A stretch of DNA of 64,000 nucleotides from an uncultured Candidatus Rokubacteria bacterium (GTDB lineage: Bacteria > Methylomirabilota > Methylomirabilia > Rokubacteriales > CSP1-6): contig CAVVEU010000004.1 of the NCBI GenBank assembly GCA_963747235.1, positions 96,001 to 160,000 of the forward strand. The letters are read 5' to 3'. A program made the translations under genes and the position numbers. Shown piece after piece: positions 32,118 to 41,756 of the stretch. The first letter of the stretch is position 1, and each line of letters starts with the position of its first letter. The notes below the pieces were generated by a model. The model was not told where the DNA came from. It worked only from the letters and a program-made list of their open reading frames with translations, and ran no database searches.

Positions 32118-32152
32118 GGTTGCTTCCTCCTTGAAACGGGTTTGGTTGCTTC

Positions 32153-32359
32153 TTACTTCGCTACCGGGGCGTCGTCGCTCGGACGCGAGCGCCCTTCCTC
32201 GTCGAGCTGCACGGGCCGCCCCGCCCCGGCATCCCGGTCACTGCGCTCGCCATCGGGCTCCACGTTCCCCTTCCGCGGGCTGCGCACGTCGCGGTCCGGA
32301 TCCTGAAGATCCTTCCGCCCGATGCGCGGCTCCCCGGTCGTCTTCGACTTGCGAGTCAT
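32153..32359 (-). CDS. Small hydrophilic, disordered hypothetical protein
   Basis: AGGAGG RBS; charged low-complexity 68 aa; directly upstream of the BON gene. Confidence 0.6.
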   Translation of the reverse strand: MTRKSKTTGEPRIGRKDLQDPDRDVRSPRKGNVEPDGERSDRDAGAGRPVQLDEEGRSRPSDDAPVAK

Positions 32360-32597
32360 GGTGTCCTCCTGTGCGCTTCGTGATTGCTCTGGCTACCTGA
32401 CGCGGTGGAAGGGGAGCAAGCGGTATGCCACGGGGTAAAGCCACGAAGATGCACGCCGATCGGCGCTCGCGCGGGCAAGGCGCCGGCTCGGTCCGGTAAA
32501 GAGTGCCGCGTAGTTTCTTCCGGCGCGGGAGACGCCCGAGACACGCCATTTCCCTGGTCCCGAATGTGCAGTCCGAGACAGACGGGAGGACACGACA

Positions 32598-33131
32598 ATG
32601 AGTGAGGCGACGATGCGGTATGGGACGAGGCCGCGCGTGTCGCGGCGATCAGCTCACGCGCTGCGCGAGGGCATCACGGTGGGGCTCATCGGAGCCGCGA
32701 TCGTGATGCTGTGGTTCTTCATCGTGGATCTGGCCGCGGGCGTGCCGCTCCGGACCCCCGCGCTCCTGGGGGCCGCGCTCTTCGACGGCGCGCGCCACGC
32801 GGACGCGGTGACGCCCACCGCGCGCCTGGTGGTGAGTTACACCGCGCTGCACCTGGCCGGCTTCGTGGCCCTGGGGGTCGGGGTGGCGGGGCTCTTCGCG
32901 CTCGCCGAGCGCGAGAAGCGCGTCCTCGCGCTGATCTTCATCTTCGGCTGCTGCCTCGCGGTGGTATTTCTCGCGATGGTCTACGTGCTCTCGCTCTGGC
33001 TCGGCCAGGCGGTGACGCCGGCGATCTTCCTCGCCGGGCATGTCCTGGGGTTCGTGTCGATGGTCGGCGCGCTCACGTATTTTCACGGGCGCCTGCTGCG
33101 CAGAATGCCCGAAGCCCTCGACGGCGAGTGA
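32598..33131 (+). CDS. Hypothetical 4-TM membrane protein
   Basis: GGGAGG RBS; REGITVGLIGA..WFFIVD..TPALLG..YTALH; four hydrophobic segments. Confidence 0.75.
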   Translation: MSEATMRYGTRPRVSRRSAHALREGITVGLIGAAIVMLWFFIVDLAAGVPLRTPALLGAALFDGARHADAVTPTARLVVSYTALHLAGFVALGVGVAGLFALAEREKRVLALIFIFGCCLAVVFLAMVYVLSLWLGQAVTPAIFLAGHVLGFVSMVGALTYFHGRLLRRMPEALDGE

Positions 33132-33201
33132 AGAGACGCGGGCTAGACGCTGAAGCCACGGGGAGCGTCCGCCGGACACGGACGTCCGCGGACGGGGGGA
33201 G

Positions 33202-33231
33202 TGCGGGGGCCATTTCTGGGCCCCCGCATTT
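33202..33231 (+). terminator. GC-rich hairpin between convergent genes
   Basis: TGCGGGGGCC-N7-GGCCCCCGCA followed by TTT. Confidence 0.5.
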
Positions 33232-33303
33232 CAACAGAGAAGCTATCCGGTGGTAAGACCTACCCGGTAGCTCCGACCCGATAGCCCTCCGCGCGGAACT
33301 GAC

Positions 33304-34669
33304 CTACGCGATCCACACCGCCTTGATATTCACGAACTCGCGGATGCCGTATTCGGAGAGCTCGCGGCCGTAGCCGGAGCGCTTGATGCCGCCGAAGGGC
33401 AGGCGCGGGTCGGACTTCACGATCCCGTTGACGAAGATCGCGCCCGCCTCGATCTGCACGGCGAGGCGCTCGGCGCGGGCGCGATCGGCCGTCCACAGCG
33501 CGGCGCCCAGGCCGTAGGGGGAGTCGTTGGCGAGGCGGATCGCGTCGGTCTCGTCCTTGGCCGCGATCACCGCGGCCACCGGGCCGAAGGTCTCCTCGTC
33601 GAAGGCGGGCATGCCCTTGTCCACCGCGGCCAGCAGCGTCGGCGGGTAGAAGGCGCCCTTGCCCGCGGGCACCTCGGCGCCCAGCATCCGCCGGGCCCCG
33701 CGCTTGATGGACTCGGTGACCTGCTTGTGGAGCTCGTCGCGCAGGTCCACGCGCGCCTGGGGCCCGACCTGCGTGTCGCGGGACGTCGGATCGCCCATGC
33801 GCCGCGCGCCCAGCTCCGACTTGAAGCGCTCGAGGAACCGGTCCACCACCGGCTCCACCACGATGAAGCGCTTGGCCGCGATGCAGCTCTGGCCGCTGTT
33901 GATCAGGCGCGCGTCCGCCGCCGCTCGGGCCGCCGCGTCCACATCGGCGTCGGCCAGCACGATGAAGGGATCGCTCCCGCCCAGCTCGAGCACCGTCTTC
34001 TTCAGCATGCGGCCCGCCTGCTCGGCGACCGCCATGCCCGCGCGCTCGCTGCCGGTGAGCGTGGCCGCGACGATGCGCGGGTCGGCGATGATCTCCTTCA
34101 CGCCCGCCGCGTTCGTGAGCACGGTCTGGAAGAGCCCCTCGGGGAAGCCGGCGCGGCGGAACACCTGCTCGATCTGGAGCGCGCAGCGCGGAACGTTCGA
34201 GGCGTGCTTGAGGATGCCGCCGTTGCCCGCCATGAGGGCCGGCGCCGCGAAACGGAAGACCTGCCAGTAGGGGAAGTTCCACGGCATCACGGCCAGCACC
34301 ACCCCGAGCGGGTCGAAGCGGACATAGCTCCGGGTCGCGTCGGTCTCCCGCGGCTGCTGCGGCCAGGAACGCCTCCGCGTGCTCGGCGTAGTAGTCGCAG
34401 GTGCCCGCGCTCTTCTCCACCTCGGCTTCCGCCTGGGTGATGGGCTTGCCCATCTCCCGGGTCATGGTCATGGCGTATTCCGCCTTGTTCGCGCGGAGCT
34501 CCCTGGCGGCGGCCCGCATCAGCCGGGCCCGATCGGCGAACGGCCGGGTGCGCCATTCGAGGAAGGCGGCGTGCGTCCGCGCCAGGGCCTGCTCGATCTG
34601 GGTCTTCGACATCTCCTCGATCGTCTCGAGGATCTCGCCGGTGGCCGGATTGACGGATTGAACGCTCAT
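33304..34669 (-). CDS. NAD(P)-dependent succinate-semialdehyde dehydrogenase family aldehyde dehydrogenase (frameshift near 34360)
   Basis: SVNPATGE, MPWNFP, TGSE, LELGGSD, NSGQSCIA, EETFGP, PFGGIKRSG. Confidence 0.92.
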
Positions 34670-34754
34670 GACGTCCTCCTGTCTCATCATCGTGCGCCCG
34701 ACAAGGACGCGCGGCAAGCGATGCCCGGGCGTAGACTGCGAGTGGAGGTGGCCG

Positions 34755-36389
34755 ATGAAAGCATCCGAGCTGATCGCCCGGTGTCTCGAGAACGAGGGCG
34801 TCAAGTACGTGTTCGGGGTCCCCGGCGAGGAGATCCTCGACATCGTGGACTCCATGATCGACTCGAGCGTGCGCTTCATCCCCACCCGGCACGAGCAGGG
34901 CGCCGCGTTCATGGCCGATGCCTACGGGCGGCTCACCGGCCGCGCGGGCGTCTGCCTCGCCACGCTGGGCCCCGGCGCCACCAACCTGGCCACCGGGGTG
35001 GCCGACGCCAACCTCGACCACGCGCCCCTCGTGGCGATCACCGGGCAGGCGGGCCGCGACCGCGTCCACAAGGAGTCGCACCAGTACGTGGACATCGTCG
35101 AGCTCATGCGCCCGCTCACCAAGTGGAACACGCGCACCGAGATGCCGGTGGTGATCCCCGAGGTCATCCGCAAGGCCTTCAAGGTGGCGGAGGCCGAGAA
35201 GCCGGGCGCCTGCCACATCGAGGTGCCGGAGGACGTGGCGGAGGAGATGGCCGAGGGCGAGCCGCTCTCGCCCGAGCGGCCGCGGCGCCCGTCGCCGGAC
35301 GGTCCGGCGCTGCGGTCGGCCGCGCAGCTCATCGAGGCCGCGTCGTTCCCGCTCATCTTCGCGGGCAACGGAGTGATCCGCGGCGGCGCCTCCAAGGAGC
35401 TGCGCGACTTCTCCCGCGCCCACGGCATCCCGGTGGTCAACACCTTCATGGCGAAGGGGTGCATGCCGTACGACGATCCCCTCGCGCTGCTCACCGCCGG
35501 GCTGCAGGCGCGCGACTACATCTCCTGCGGCTTCGAGAAGGCGGACCTGATCATCGCGGTGGGCTACGACGTGGTCGAGTACGCGCCCAAGTTCTGGAAC
35601 CCGGAGCGCAAGAAGCACATCATCCACATCGACTTCACCCCCGCCGAGGTGGACAGCCACTATCAGCCGGCGGTCGAGGTGGTGGCGGACGTGCGCGAGG
35701 CGCTCGAGCTGCTCAACGGGCTCGTGAAGGGGCAGAAGGATCCCGCGCCCTATCGCGAGCTGCGGCGCTTCATCCTCGAGCAGCTCGCGGAGGGCGCGGA
35801 CGACGATACCTTCCCGATCAAGCCGCAGCGCATCCTGCGCGACCTGCGGCGGGCGATGGGGCGCGAGGACATCCTGATCTCGGACGTGGGCAGCCACAAG
35901 CTGTGGATCGCGCGCACCTTCCCGGCCTACGAGCCGAACAGCGTGCTCATCTCCAACGGCCTCGCCGCGATGGGCTTCGCGCTGCCCGCGGCGGTGGCGG
36001 CCAAGCTCGTGCACCCGGACCGCAAGGTGGTGGCGGTGAGCGGCGACGGCGGGTTCCTCATGAACGTCCAGGAGCTCGAGACCGCCAAGCGCCTGAATCT
36101 CGCCATCGTCAACGTGATCTTCCGCGACGGCGGCTACAACCTCATCCAGTGGAAGCAGCAGACGCGCCTCGGCCGCGAGTCGGGCGTGGAGTTCACCAAC
36201 CCGGACTTCGTGACGCTGGCCCAGGCCTTCGGCGCCAAGGGCTTCCGGGTGGAGTCCGCGCGGGGCCTGGCCCCGGTCCTCGCGGAGGCGCTCGCGTGGC
36301 CGGGCCCGTCCATCGTGGACGTGCCGGTGGACTACCGGGAGAACCCGAAGCTGACCGAGCGCCTCGGTCAGCTCGTCTGCCCGATCTGA
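34755..36389 (+). CDS. Acetolactate synthase large subunit family TPP enzyme
   Basis: FGVPGEE, RHEQGAAFMA, TLGPGATN, GDGGF..ELET; GGAGG RBS. Confidence 0.92.
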   Translation: MKASELIARCLENEGVKYVFGVPGEEILDIVDSMIDSSVRFIPTRHEQGAAFMADAYGRLTGRAGVCLATLGPGATNLATGVADANLDHAPLVAITGQAGRDRVHKESHQYVDIVELMRPLTKWNTRTEMPVVIPEVIRKAFKVAEAEKPGACHIEVPEDVAEEMAEGEPLSPERPRRPSPDGPALRSAAQLIEAASFPLIFAGNGVIRGGASKELRDFSRAHGIPVVNTFMAKGCMPYDDPLALLTAGLQARDYISCGFEKADLIIAVGYDVVEYAPKFWNPERKKHIIHIDFTPAEVDSHYQPAVEVVADVREALELLNGLVKGQKDPAPYRELRRFILEQLAEGADDDTFPIKPQRILRDLRRAMGREDILISDVGSHKLWIARTFPAYEPNSVLISNGLAAMGFALPAAVAAKLVHPDRKVVAVSGDGGFLMNVQELETAKRLNLAIVNVIFRDGGYNLIQWKQQTRLGRESGVEFTNPDFVTLAQAFGAKGFRVESARGLAPVLAEALAWPGPSIVDVPVDYRENPKLTERLGQLVCPI

Positions 36390-36417
36390 CGGCACGCGCC
36401 TTGCTGTACCCCGGACC

Positions 36418-37292
36418 GTGAGACCTGTCTGGGGGCTGGTGAAGCGCGCCGCGATCAAGTGGAACCGCGACGACTGCCTGACGCTCGGGGCCGCGCTCGC
36501 CTACTACACGGTCTTCTCGCTCGCCCCCATCCTGGTCATCGCGATCGCGGTGGCCGGCGCGCTGTTCGGCGAGGAGGCGGCCCAGGGCGAGATCGTCGGC
36601 CAGATCCGGACCCTGGTCGGAGAGGAAGGCGCCACCGCGATCCAGTCGCTGATCGAGAGCGCCGGCCGCCAGGACGCCGGCGCGCTCGCCACCTCATCGG
36701 GCTCGCGGTCCTGCTCTTCGGCTCGACCAGCGCGTTCAGCCAGCTCCAGTCGGCGCTGAACACGATCTGGGAGGTGGAGGCCGAGACCCACAGCGGGATC
36801 TGGGACATGGTCCGGGCCCGCTTCCTGTCGTTCACGGCGGTGCTGGGCACCGGCTTCCTGCTGAGCGTCTCGCTGGTGCTGAGCGCCGCGGGCGCCGCCT
36901 TCGGCCGCTACGGCTGGGGCTGGATGCCCGCGATCGGCCGCATGCTCGAGCTGGCCGACTTCCTCGGGTCCATGCTGGTGCACACCCTGCTCTTCGCGAT
37001 GATCTTCAAGCTGCTGCCCGACGCGGCGATCCGGTGGCGCGACGTGTGGGTGGGCGCCGGCGTCACCGCCGGGCTCTTCTTCGTCGGCAAGCTGGCGATC
37101 GGCCTGTACCTCGGCACCAGCGAGGTGGGGGCGGCCTACGGCGCGGCGGGCTGGGTCATCCTCATCCTCGCCTGGGTCTACTACTCGGCCCAGATCGTGC
37201 TCTTCGGCGCCGAGTTCACCCGCGCCTTCGCCACGCGTCAGAAAAGCCGCTCCTCCTCTCCCCCTCTCCCCTCTGGGGAGAGGGCAGGGTGA
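36418..37292 (+). CDS. YihY/virulence factor BrkB family membrane protein (frameshift near 36692)
   Basis: GAALAYYTVFSLAP, LQSALNTIW, YGAAG..WVYYSAQIVLFGAEF. Confidence 0.9.
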
Positions 37293-37296
37293 GGGG
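37262..37296 (-). repeat. REP-like palindromic repeat, copy 2
   Basis: Exact reverse complement of 16504-16538. Confidence 0.85.
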
Positions 37297-37297
37297 T

Positions 37298-38062
37298 CTA
37301 CATCTCCACGATCCCGTCACCGACCTTCTTGAGCCGCTCGAGCACCAGCGGGTCGTGGCCGGGCAGCACCAGGTCCTCCGACGACGCCAGCGAGCGGATC
37401 TTCTCGAAGGCCGAGTACATGCGTGGCAGATCCTGGAGGGTGTTGAACGGGATGCGCTCCTCGAAGTTGCGATAGTAGTGCGAGGCGTCGGAGGCCACCA
37501 CCGCCTGGCCCCGCGCGTGCGCCACCGAGACGATCTGCATGCCCGCGGTGTGGCCGCCCACGTGGTGCACCGCGATGCCGGGCACGATCTCGCGTGAGCC
37601 GTCCACGAACTGCATGCGCTTGTCGTAGTTGAGGCGGATGAGCGCGCACACGTCGTCCACCTCGACCGAGTGGCGGAAGGCGGGGAGGGCCGCGTTGCGG
37701 CCGGTGTAGAACGCCATCTCGGAGTCCTGCACGTAGAAGGTGGCGTTGGGGAAGAGCGCGTAGTTGCCCACGTGGTCGTAGTGGAAGTGGCTCAGGATCA
37801 CGTGCTTGACCGAGGCCGCCTCCACGCCGATCTCGGCCAGGCCCTTGCCCGGGCAGCGCAGGAACTGGCGGCCCCGCCGCGTGCCGACGTCTTCCGTGAA
37901 GCCGAGGTCCACCACCACCGTCTCGGTGCCGTTGGTGAGCGCCCACACGAAGTAGTCCATCGTCATGGGGCCCTTGTGGTAGTCGCCGTAGAACGCCTCC
38001 GAGGTGGTGCAGGTGCGGTGGGCGTAGCGCACGGCGTAGATGCGGTAGGGCGCATTGGGCAT
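37298..38062 (-). CDS. N-acyl-homoserine lactonase family MBL hydrolase
   Basis: SHFHYDHVG, GGHTAG, ASDA, PGHDP; AAGGAG RBS. Confidence 0.87.
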   Translation of the reverse strand: MPNAPYRIYAVRYAHRTCTTSEAFYGDYHKGPMTMDYFVWALTNGTETVVVDLGFTEDVGTRRGRQFLRCPGKGLAEIGVEAASVKHVILSHFHYDHVGNYALFPNATFYVQDSEMAFYTGRNAALPAFRHSVEVDDVCALIRLNYDKRMQFVDGSREIVPGIAVHHVGGHTAGMQIVSVAHARGQAVVASDASHYYRNFEERIPFNTLQDLPRMYSAFEKIRSLASSEDLVLPGHDPLVLERLKKVGDGIVEM

Positions 38063-38162
38063 GGTCAAGTCTCCTTTCCCGTGGCAGGATTCTACGCGTT
38101 TCCCAGTTGACACGGAAGGCCCACTTGAACACGCACGACCGCTCTCACGAGGAGGAGCCCGC

Positions 38163-38495
38163 ATGACCCTAGCCGCCGCGGTATCGACGTCTCGCAACGA
38201 GGTTCGCACGGTCGCTCCCAGGCTCATCGAGCTGACCGAGACCCTGGTCTATCCCGACATCTGGGAGCGCCCCGGTCTTTCCAAGCGCGACCGGAGCCTC
38301 ATCACGGTGGCGGCCCTGATGGCGATGTACCGTCCCGATCAGCTCAAGGGCCACACCGAGCGGGCCCTCGCCAACGGCGTCACCAAGGAGGAGATCGGCG
38401 AGCTCATCACCCATCTGGCGTTCTACGCGGGCTGGCCCAGCGCGATGTCGGCGGCCAAGATCGTGAAACAGGTCTACGAGGAGAACAAGGTATGA
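38163..38495 (+). CDS. Carboxymuconolactone decarboxylase family protein
   Basis: DIWERPGLSKRDRSLITVAAL, HLAFYAGWP. Confidence 0.9.
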   Translation: MTLAAAVSTSRNEVRTVAPRLIELTETLVYPDIWERPGLSKRDRSLITVAALMAMYRPDQLKGHTERALANGVTKEEIGELITHLAFYAGWPSAMSAAKIVKQVYEENKV

Positions 38496-39424
38496 AGGTC
38501 GGGTTCATCGGGCTGGGCACCATGGGCGCCAGCATGGCGTCCAATCTCCAGGCGGGCGGGCACGAGCTCTCGGTGAGCGACGTGCGGCGCGAGGCGGCGG
38601 CGGCGCATCTGAAGGCGGGCGCGACCTGGAAGGACACGCCGCGGCAGGTGGCGGAGGGCGTGGAGGTCGTCTTCACCTCGCTCCCCGGGCCGAAGGAAGT
38701 GGAGCAGGTCGCCCTCGGGCCGGACGGGCTGATCCACGGCATGAAGAAGGGCGCGGCCTACTTCGATCTGAGCACGAACTCACCCGCGCTGATGCGCCGG
38801 CTCTACCCCGCGTTCAAGGAGAAGGGCATCCACGTGCTCGACGCGCCGGTGAGCGGCGGGCCCAAGGGCGCCAAGTCGCGGAAGCTCGCGCTGTGGATCG
38901 GCGGCGACCGCGAGGTCTACGATCGCTTCAAGCCGGTGCTGGACGCCATCGGGGATCAGCCCTACTACGTGGGGCCGATCGGGGCGGGCTCGGTGGCCAA
39001 GCTGGTGCACAACTGCGCGGGGTACGCGGTGCAGACCGCGCTGGCCGAGGTCTTCACGATGGGGGTGAAGGGCGGGGTGGACGCGCTCACGCTCTGGAAG
39101 GCGGTGCGGCAGGGCGCGGGCGGCCGGCGGCGCACCTTCGACGGGCTGGCCGACCAGTTCCTGCCCGGCGTCTTCGACCCGCCCGCGTTCAGCCTGCGGC
39201 TGAGCCACAAGGACGTCTCGCTGGCCGTCGCCCTCGGCCGGGAGCTGGGCGTGCCGATGCGGATGGCCAATCTCGCGCTGGAGGAGCTGACCGAGGCGAT
39301 CAACCGCGGCTGGAGCGAGCGGGACTCGCGCGTGGCCATGCTGCTGCAGGAGGAGCGGGCGGGGGTGAAGATCGCGGTGCCCGTCGAGCAGATCCGGGAG
39401 GTGCTGGAGAAAGACGGCCGCTAG
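38492..39424 (+). CDS. 3-hydroxyisobutyrate / 2-hydroxy-3-oxopropionate dehydrogenase family NAD(P) oxidoreductase
   Basis: VGFIGLGTMG, DAPVSGG, AKLVHN, HKD. Confidence 0.9.
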   Translation: MKVGFIGLGTMGASMASNLQAGGHELSVSDVRREAAAAHLKAGATWKDTPRQVAEGVEVVFTSLPGPKEVEQVALGPDGLIHGMKKGAAYFDLSTNSPALMRRLYPAFKEKGIHVLDAPVSGGPKGAKSRKLALWIGGDREVYDRFKPVLDAIGDQPYYVGPIGAGSVAKLVHNCAGYAVQTALAEVFTMGVKGGVDALTLWKAVRQGAGGRRRTFDGLADQFLPGVFDPPAFSLRLSHKDVSLAVALGRELGVPMRMANLALEELTEAINRGWSERDSRVAMLLQEERAGVKIAVPVEQIREVLEKDGR

Positions 39425-40113
39425 GGCTCGCGGAAGAAGAGGGGCTCGATCCTCGAGAGGTCCTTCGAGATCGCCATGGTGAGGAGGTCGGCGAAGCTCT
39501 GAAGGATGATGAGGGCGTTGAGGTCTGCGTCGTTCTGGACCACGCCCTGGATGCGCGCGAGGATGCCGTCGTTCACCTGCTGGATGTTCTCGTAGTGCGT
39601 CTCGAGCTGCTCGAGGCCGAGATCGGGCGCCCCCCCGCGCTTGGCCACGAAGTACTGCTTCAGGAGGTACAGGGAGACCGACCGCACGATGGTCTCCTCC
39701 ACGCTGGAGAACGGCAGGTGGAAGCGGGCCATCGGCTTGAGGAAGTCCATGTAGGGGCATGAGCTGGTGGCCATGACGAGGCCGAAGATGCCGAAGATGC
39801 CCCGCTGCAGCGGGAGCTGCTTGACGTAGGTCCGCTCCTCCGTCGTCACCGTGACCGTGGCCTCGGCCACCGAGGCCTTGTCCTTGAAGAACTCCACGAC
39901 GCTCGACAGGTTGGTGGCCACCGGGCAGTAGGGGTGCTCGGCCGGTTCTAGCGGGCAATGCCCGCATTGGTGGTTCTCGAGCCGCGCCCACGCGGGCGGC
40001 CGCTCGGTCACGGAGGGGTGGTAAGACAGCGTGGCGCGGTCCAGCTCCACGGTGTAGGCCTTGGAGCCCCCGTCCGGAAACGCGAAGTCGTAGACGATCT
40101 TGATGGGGTTCAC
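39421..40113 (-). CDS. DUF6901-like Cys-containing protein
   Basis: WARLENHQCGHCPL..CP, ATSSCP, PMARFHLPF. Confidence 0.75.
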   Translation of the reverse strand: MNPIKIVYDFAFPDGGSKAYTVELDRATLSYHPSVTERPPAWARLENHQCGHCPLEPAEHPYCPVATNLSSVVEFFKDKASVAEATVTVTTEERTYVKQLPLQRGIFGIFGLVMATSSCPYMDFLKPMARFHLPFSSVEETIVRSVSLYLLKQYFVAKRGGAPDLGLEQLETHYENIQQVNDGILARIQGVVQNDADLNALIILQSFADLLTMAISKDLSRIEPLFFREP

Positions 40114-40202
40114 TGGTTACCGCGAGGGTAGCGAGCCGGGGGCGGCTCCGTCAATAAATCAATCTGGTCGGGGCCTTGCGGGCCGCGTGCTATCGTGGGC
40201 CC

Positions 40203-40841
40203 GTGGCGTCCGTTCCCGAGCCTCCGGCCGTCGGCCAGCCGGCGCCGCTCTTCAGCTTGACCTCGGTGCAGGGCGAGCCCGTGGAGCTCGCGGCGTATCG
40301 CGGGCGCCGCAACGTCGTGGTCTGGTTCTCCCGGGGCTTCACCTGCCCGTTCTGTCGCGTCTACATGGACGGCATGCGCGAGGGCTATGAGCTCCTCCAG
40401 GCCGCCGACGCCGAGATCATCCAGGTCGGCCCCAACCTGCTGCAGTCGGCCCGCATCTTCTTCGGCCACAGCCCGACGCCCTACCCCTTCGTCTGCGATC
40501 CCGACAAGCGGCTCTTCGCGGTCTACGGGCTCGGCGACCGGGGCGCCCTCGAGGCGACCCGCTCGGCGGTGGTGAGCTTCTCGTACGCGTTCACCCATGG
40601 GGACACGGGGCCCCAGCTCCGGGGCGCCTGGCTCGACGTCATGAACCGGAACTTCGTCCGCCGGCTGCACCACCACGCCATGACCGCCATGGAGCAGGGG
40701 ATCTTCCTGGTCGACCGGGAGGGCGTCATCCGCCACCGCTCGGTGGTCGGGCCTCTCGACCCGGTCCCCCGGGGCGACAGCCTGGCCGACCTGGTCCGGA
40801 CCCACTGCACCGCCGGCCCCGTAGATCCGCCGCGGCCGTAG
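40203..40841 (+). CDS. Peroxiredoxin-like / AhpC-TSA family redoxin
   Basis: GQPAPLFSL, FTCPFC (CxxC), CDPDKRLFAVYGL, GIFLVDREG. Confidence 0.8.
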   Translation: MASVPEPPAVGQPAPLFSLTSVQGEPVELAAYRGRRNVVVWFSRGFTCPFCRVYMDGMREGYELLQAADAEIIQVGPNLLQSARIFFGHSPTPYPFVCDPDKRLFAVYGLGDRGALEATRSAVVSFSYAFTHGDTGPQLRGAWLDVMNRNFVRRLHHHAMTAMEQGIFLVDREGVIRHRSVVGPLDPVPRGDSLADLVRTHCTAGPVDPPRP

Positions 40842-40878
40842 TTCAGGCAGGGATCAACATGTCGGGGGGGCTTGGGCA

Positions 40879-40907
40879 TTGAAATACTACCGGCAGTGTC
40901 GTATGAC
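40879..40907 (+). promoter_or_regulatory. Sigma70-type promoter for the diiron/reductase operon
   Basis: TTGAAA-N17-TATGAC in an AT-richer patch, ending 12 nt before ATG 40920. Confidence 0.5.
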
Positions 40908-40919
40908 TTGAGACGACCG

Positions 40920-41756
40920 ATGCCTGCTTTCGACATCGACTCCTACGTCGGGCGCTCGAGGGCGGTGGACCTTGCGGCCATCGACTGGGCCGCGGTCCCA
41001 CGGTATCCCGTGCCTCCCGAGGCCCTCCGCACCATGCGCTTCATGCAGGACATCGAGAGCCACACCATCATCTACCTGCGCGCCCTGCTGGCCACCCGCG
41101 CCATCGACGACCCGGACGTCGCCACCTTCCTGGCCTGCTGGGTCTACGAGGAGACCTTCCACGGCCTGGCCCTCCAGCGCTTCCTGCAAGCGGCCGGCAC
41201 GCCGGTGGGCGAGCGTCCGCTGCCCCGCGGGCAGGAGCCCTGGCCGAAGCGCATCGAGGCGGCGGCGACCGCGATGGTGTCGAAGGCCTGGCCCAGCTTC
41301 TGCGCGGTGCACATGACCTGGGGCGCGATCAACGAGCTGACCACGCTCACCGGCTATCGGCGCCTGGCCGCGCTCACCGATCACCCGGTGCTCGCGGATC
41401 TGCTCGAGCGGATCGCGCTCGACGAATCGCGGCACTTCTTCTTCTACTACCGCCAGGCCGAGCTCCGCCTGCGGCGCCGCGGGGTCGCGCGGACCGCGCG
41501 CTTCCTGGTGGACCGGTTCTGGGCCCCGGTGGGCAGCGGGGTCCAGCCCGACGCCGAGCTGCGCTTCCTGGCCACCTATCTCTTCGGCGGGCCGGAGGGG
41601 CTGGCCGCGGCGCGAAAGGTGGACGAGACGATCCGGCGCCTGCCCGGTTTCGAGACGGTGCAGCTCCTCGAGTCCTGGATGGACCGGCACGCCGGGGGGC
41701 CCGCCGGCGCTCCCGCGGGGCCACAAGGAGGACCCAATGGCAACGGCAACCACTGA
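40920..41756 (+). CDS. Ferritin-like diiron protein (acyl-ACP desaturase-like)
   Basis: Ligand pattern DIESH / YEETFH / INE / DESRH (E..ExxH..E..ExxH); FWAPVG. Confidence 0.8.
   Translation: MPAFDIDSYVGRSRAVDLAAIDWAAVPRYPVPPEALRTMRFMQDIESHTIIYLRALLATRAIDDPDVATFLACWVYEETFHGLALQRFLQAAGTPVGERPLPRGQEPWPKRIEAAATAMVSKAWPSFCAVHMTWGAINELTTLTGYRRLAALTDHPVLADLLERIALDESRHFFFYYRQAELRLRRRGVARTARFLVDRFWAPVGSGVQPDAELRFLATYLFGGPEGLAAARKVDETIRRLPGFETVQLLESWMDRHAGGPAGAPAGPQGGPNGNGNH

Noticed and set aside
40844-40857. Possible FNR/CRP box upstream of the reductase operon
   Set aside because: Only the ATCAA half-site is present; there is no TTGAT half at the right spacing.
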